Origin: Vermamoeba vermiformis
Lineage: Eukaryota
Assembly (NCBI GenBank): GCA_045837725.1
Contig: JBEWZL010000145.1
Span: 186,001-250,000, forward strand
Direction: 5' to 3'
DNA length: 64,000 bases
Shown: one piece after another, positions 63,407-64,000 of the stretch
Layout: every line of letters starts with the position of its first letter
How positions within the stretch are numbered: position 1 is the first letter of the stretch
Made by a program: the position numbers and the translations under genes
Notes under the pieces: model-generated
What the model was told of the DNA's origin: nothing
Seen by the model: the letters and a program-made list of their open reading frames with translations, nothing else
The model's database searches: none

Positions 63407-64000
63407 CTAGCCGTGGAATGCAAACACATCGTCGAACAGATCGAGCGTCTTCTTAGACTTCTTCTTCGTCTTGTTGGTGCGCTGATTGGCTTGTGGCTGT
63501 GCTACATTCTATACAACAATATTGTTAAAAGGCAGATTTCCCAACTTGACTCCGCTCTAGATCCGCCTTTACCTTCTTGTGGCTGGGCTGATTAGGAGTA
63601 AAGCGCTTCACACTCGACTCGCTGAGTTGGGACCTGTTCACCAACTGCGTACGATTAGTTGATGGACGTGCGATGGAAGTGTGCTTACCTTCTTTTGCTT
63701 GTGGTTAGCTGGCGGAGAGACTTTCTTTGATGAGAAAGTTTCGCGTACCATTCGAGATGGTTGAGCGGGCAGTTCCTTGCGTGCCTTATCGTCGCGCGAT
63801 CCAGAGAGCACCTCGTCTGATTCATCTTCGTCCAGCAACTCAAGAGGATTAGCCTCTTTGACTGCAACAGCAGCGTTGTGAGACTCTTTGAGTTGCTCTA
63901 CGGCCCGCGCGCTATCTTGAAGTTGCTCATGGAGTTGATCGATTTGACTCTGATACAACTCTTTTTGCTTTTGAATCTCGTTTGCGAGGGCCACAGAGAA
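63407..64000 (-). CDS. 3' end of an unidentified coiled-coil protein (enters from window edge)
   Basis: Coiled-coil ORF 63994-63690, GT-AG introns, last exon ..LDLFDDVFAFHG*. Confidence 0.6.

Overview
Gene-dense eukaryotic nuclear DNA with many short spliceosomal introns, AT-rich 5' ends and CpG-rich gene bodies. It is probably a free-living amoeba (Amoebozoa-like); this is an inference from gene content and protein style. I can support 36 protein-coding genes, mostly housekeeping: eEF2, TOR, DPH1, FARSB, PDHA, RPS3A, ETFA, ribosome-biogenesis and complex I genes. PCC1/LAGE3 is absent from the ORF track, and DDA1 and YOS1 appear there only as fragments. Genes alternate strand at 28 of 35 junctions. 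The stand-out is a ~2.75 kb CpG-depleted island (about 54640-57420) between FARSB and PDHA. It holds two convergent paralogous orphan ORFs (one decayed) and an 808-bp TAA-flanked inverted-repeat element whose 19-bp internal repeats record CpG deamination. Also notable: a Cry34/aegerolysin-like+HR1+4xSH3 protein, a half-fimbrin+ER/K helix+C2 protein, an intronic C/D snoRNA candidate, four GC-AG introns, GATC clusters near gene starts and an intron-containing bacterial-type prpB. All calls are by eye from motifs; no database search was run and exon boundaries are approximate.
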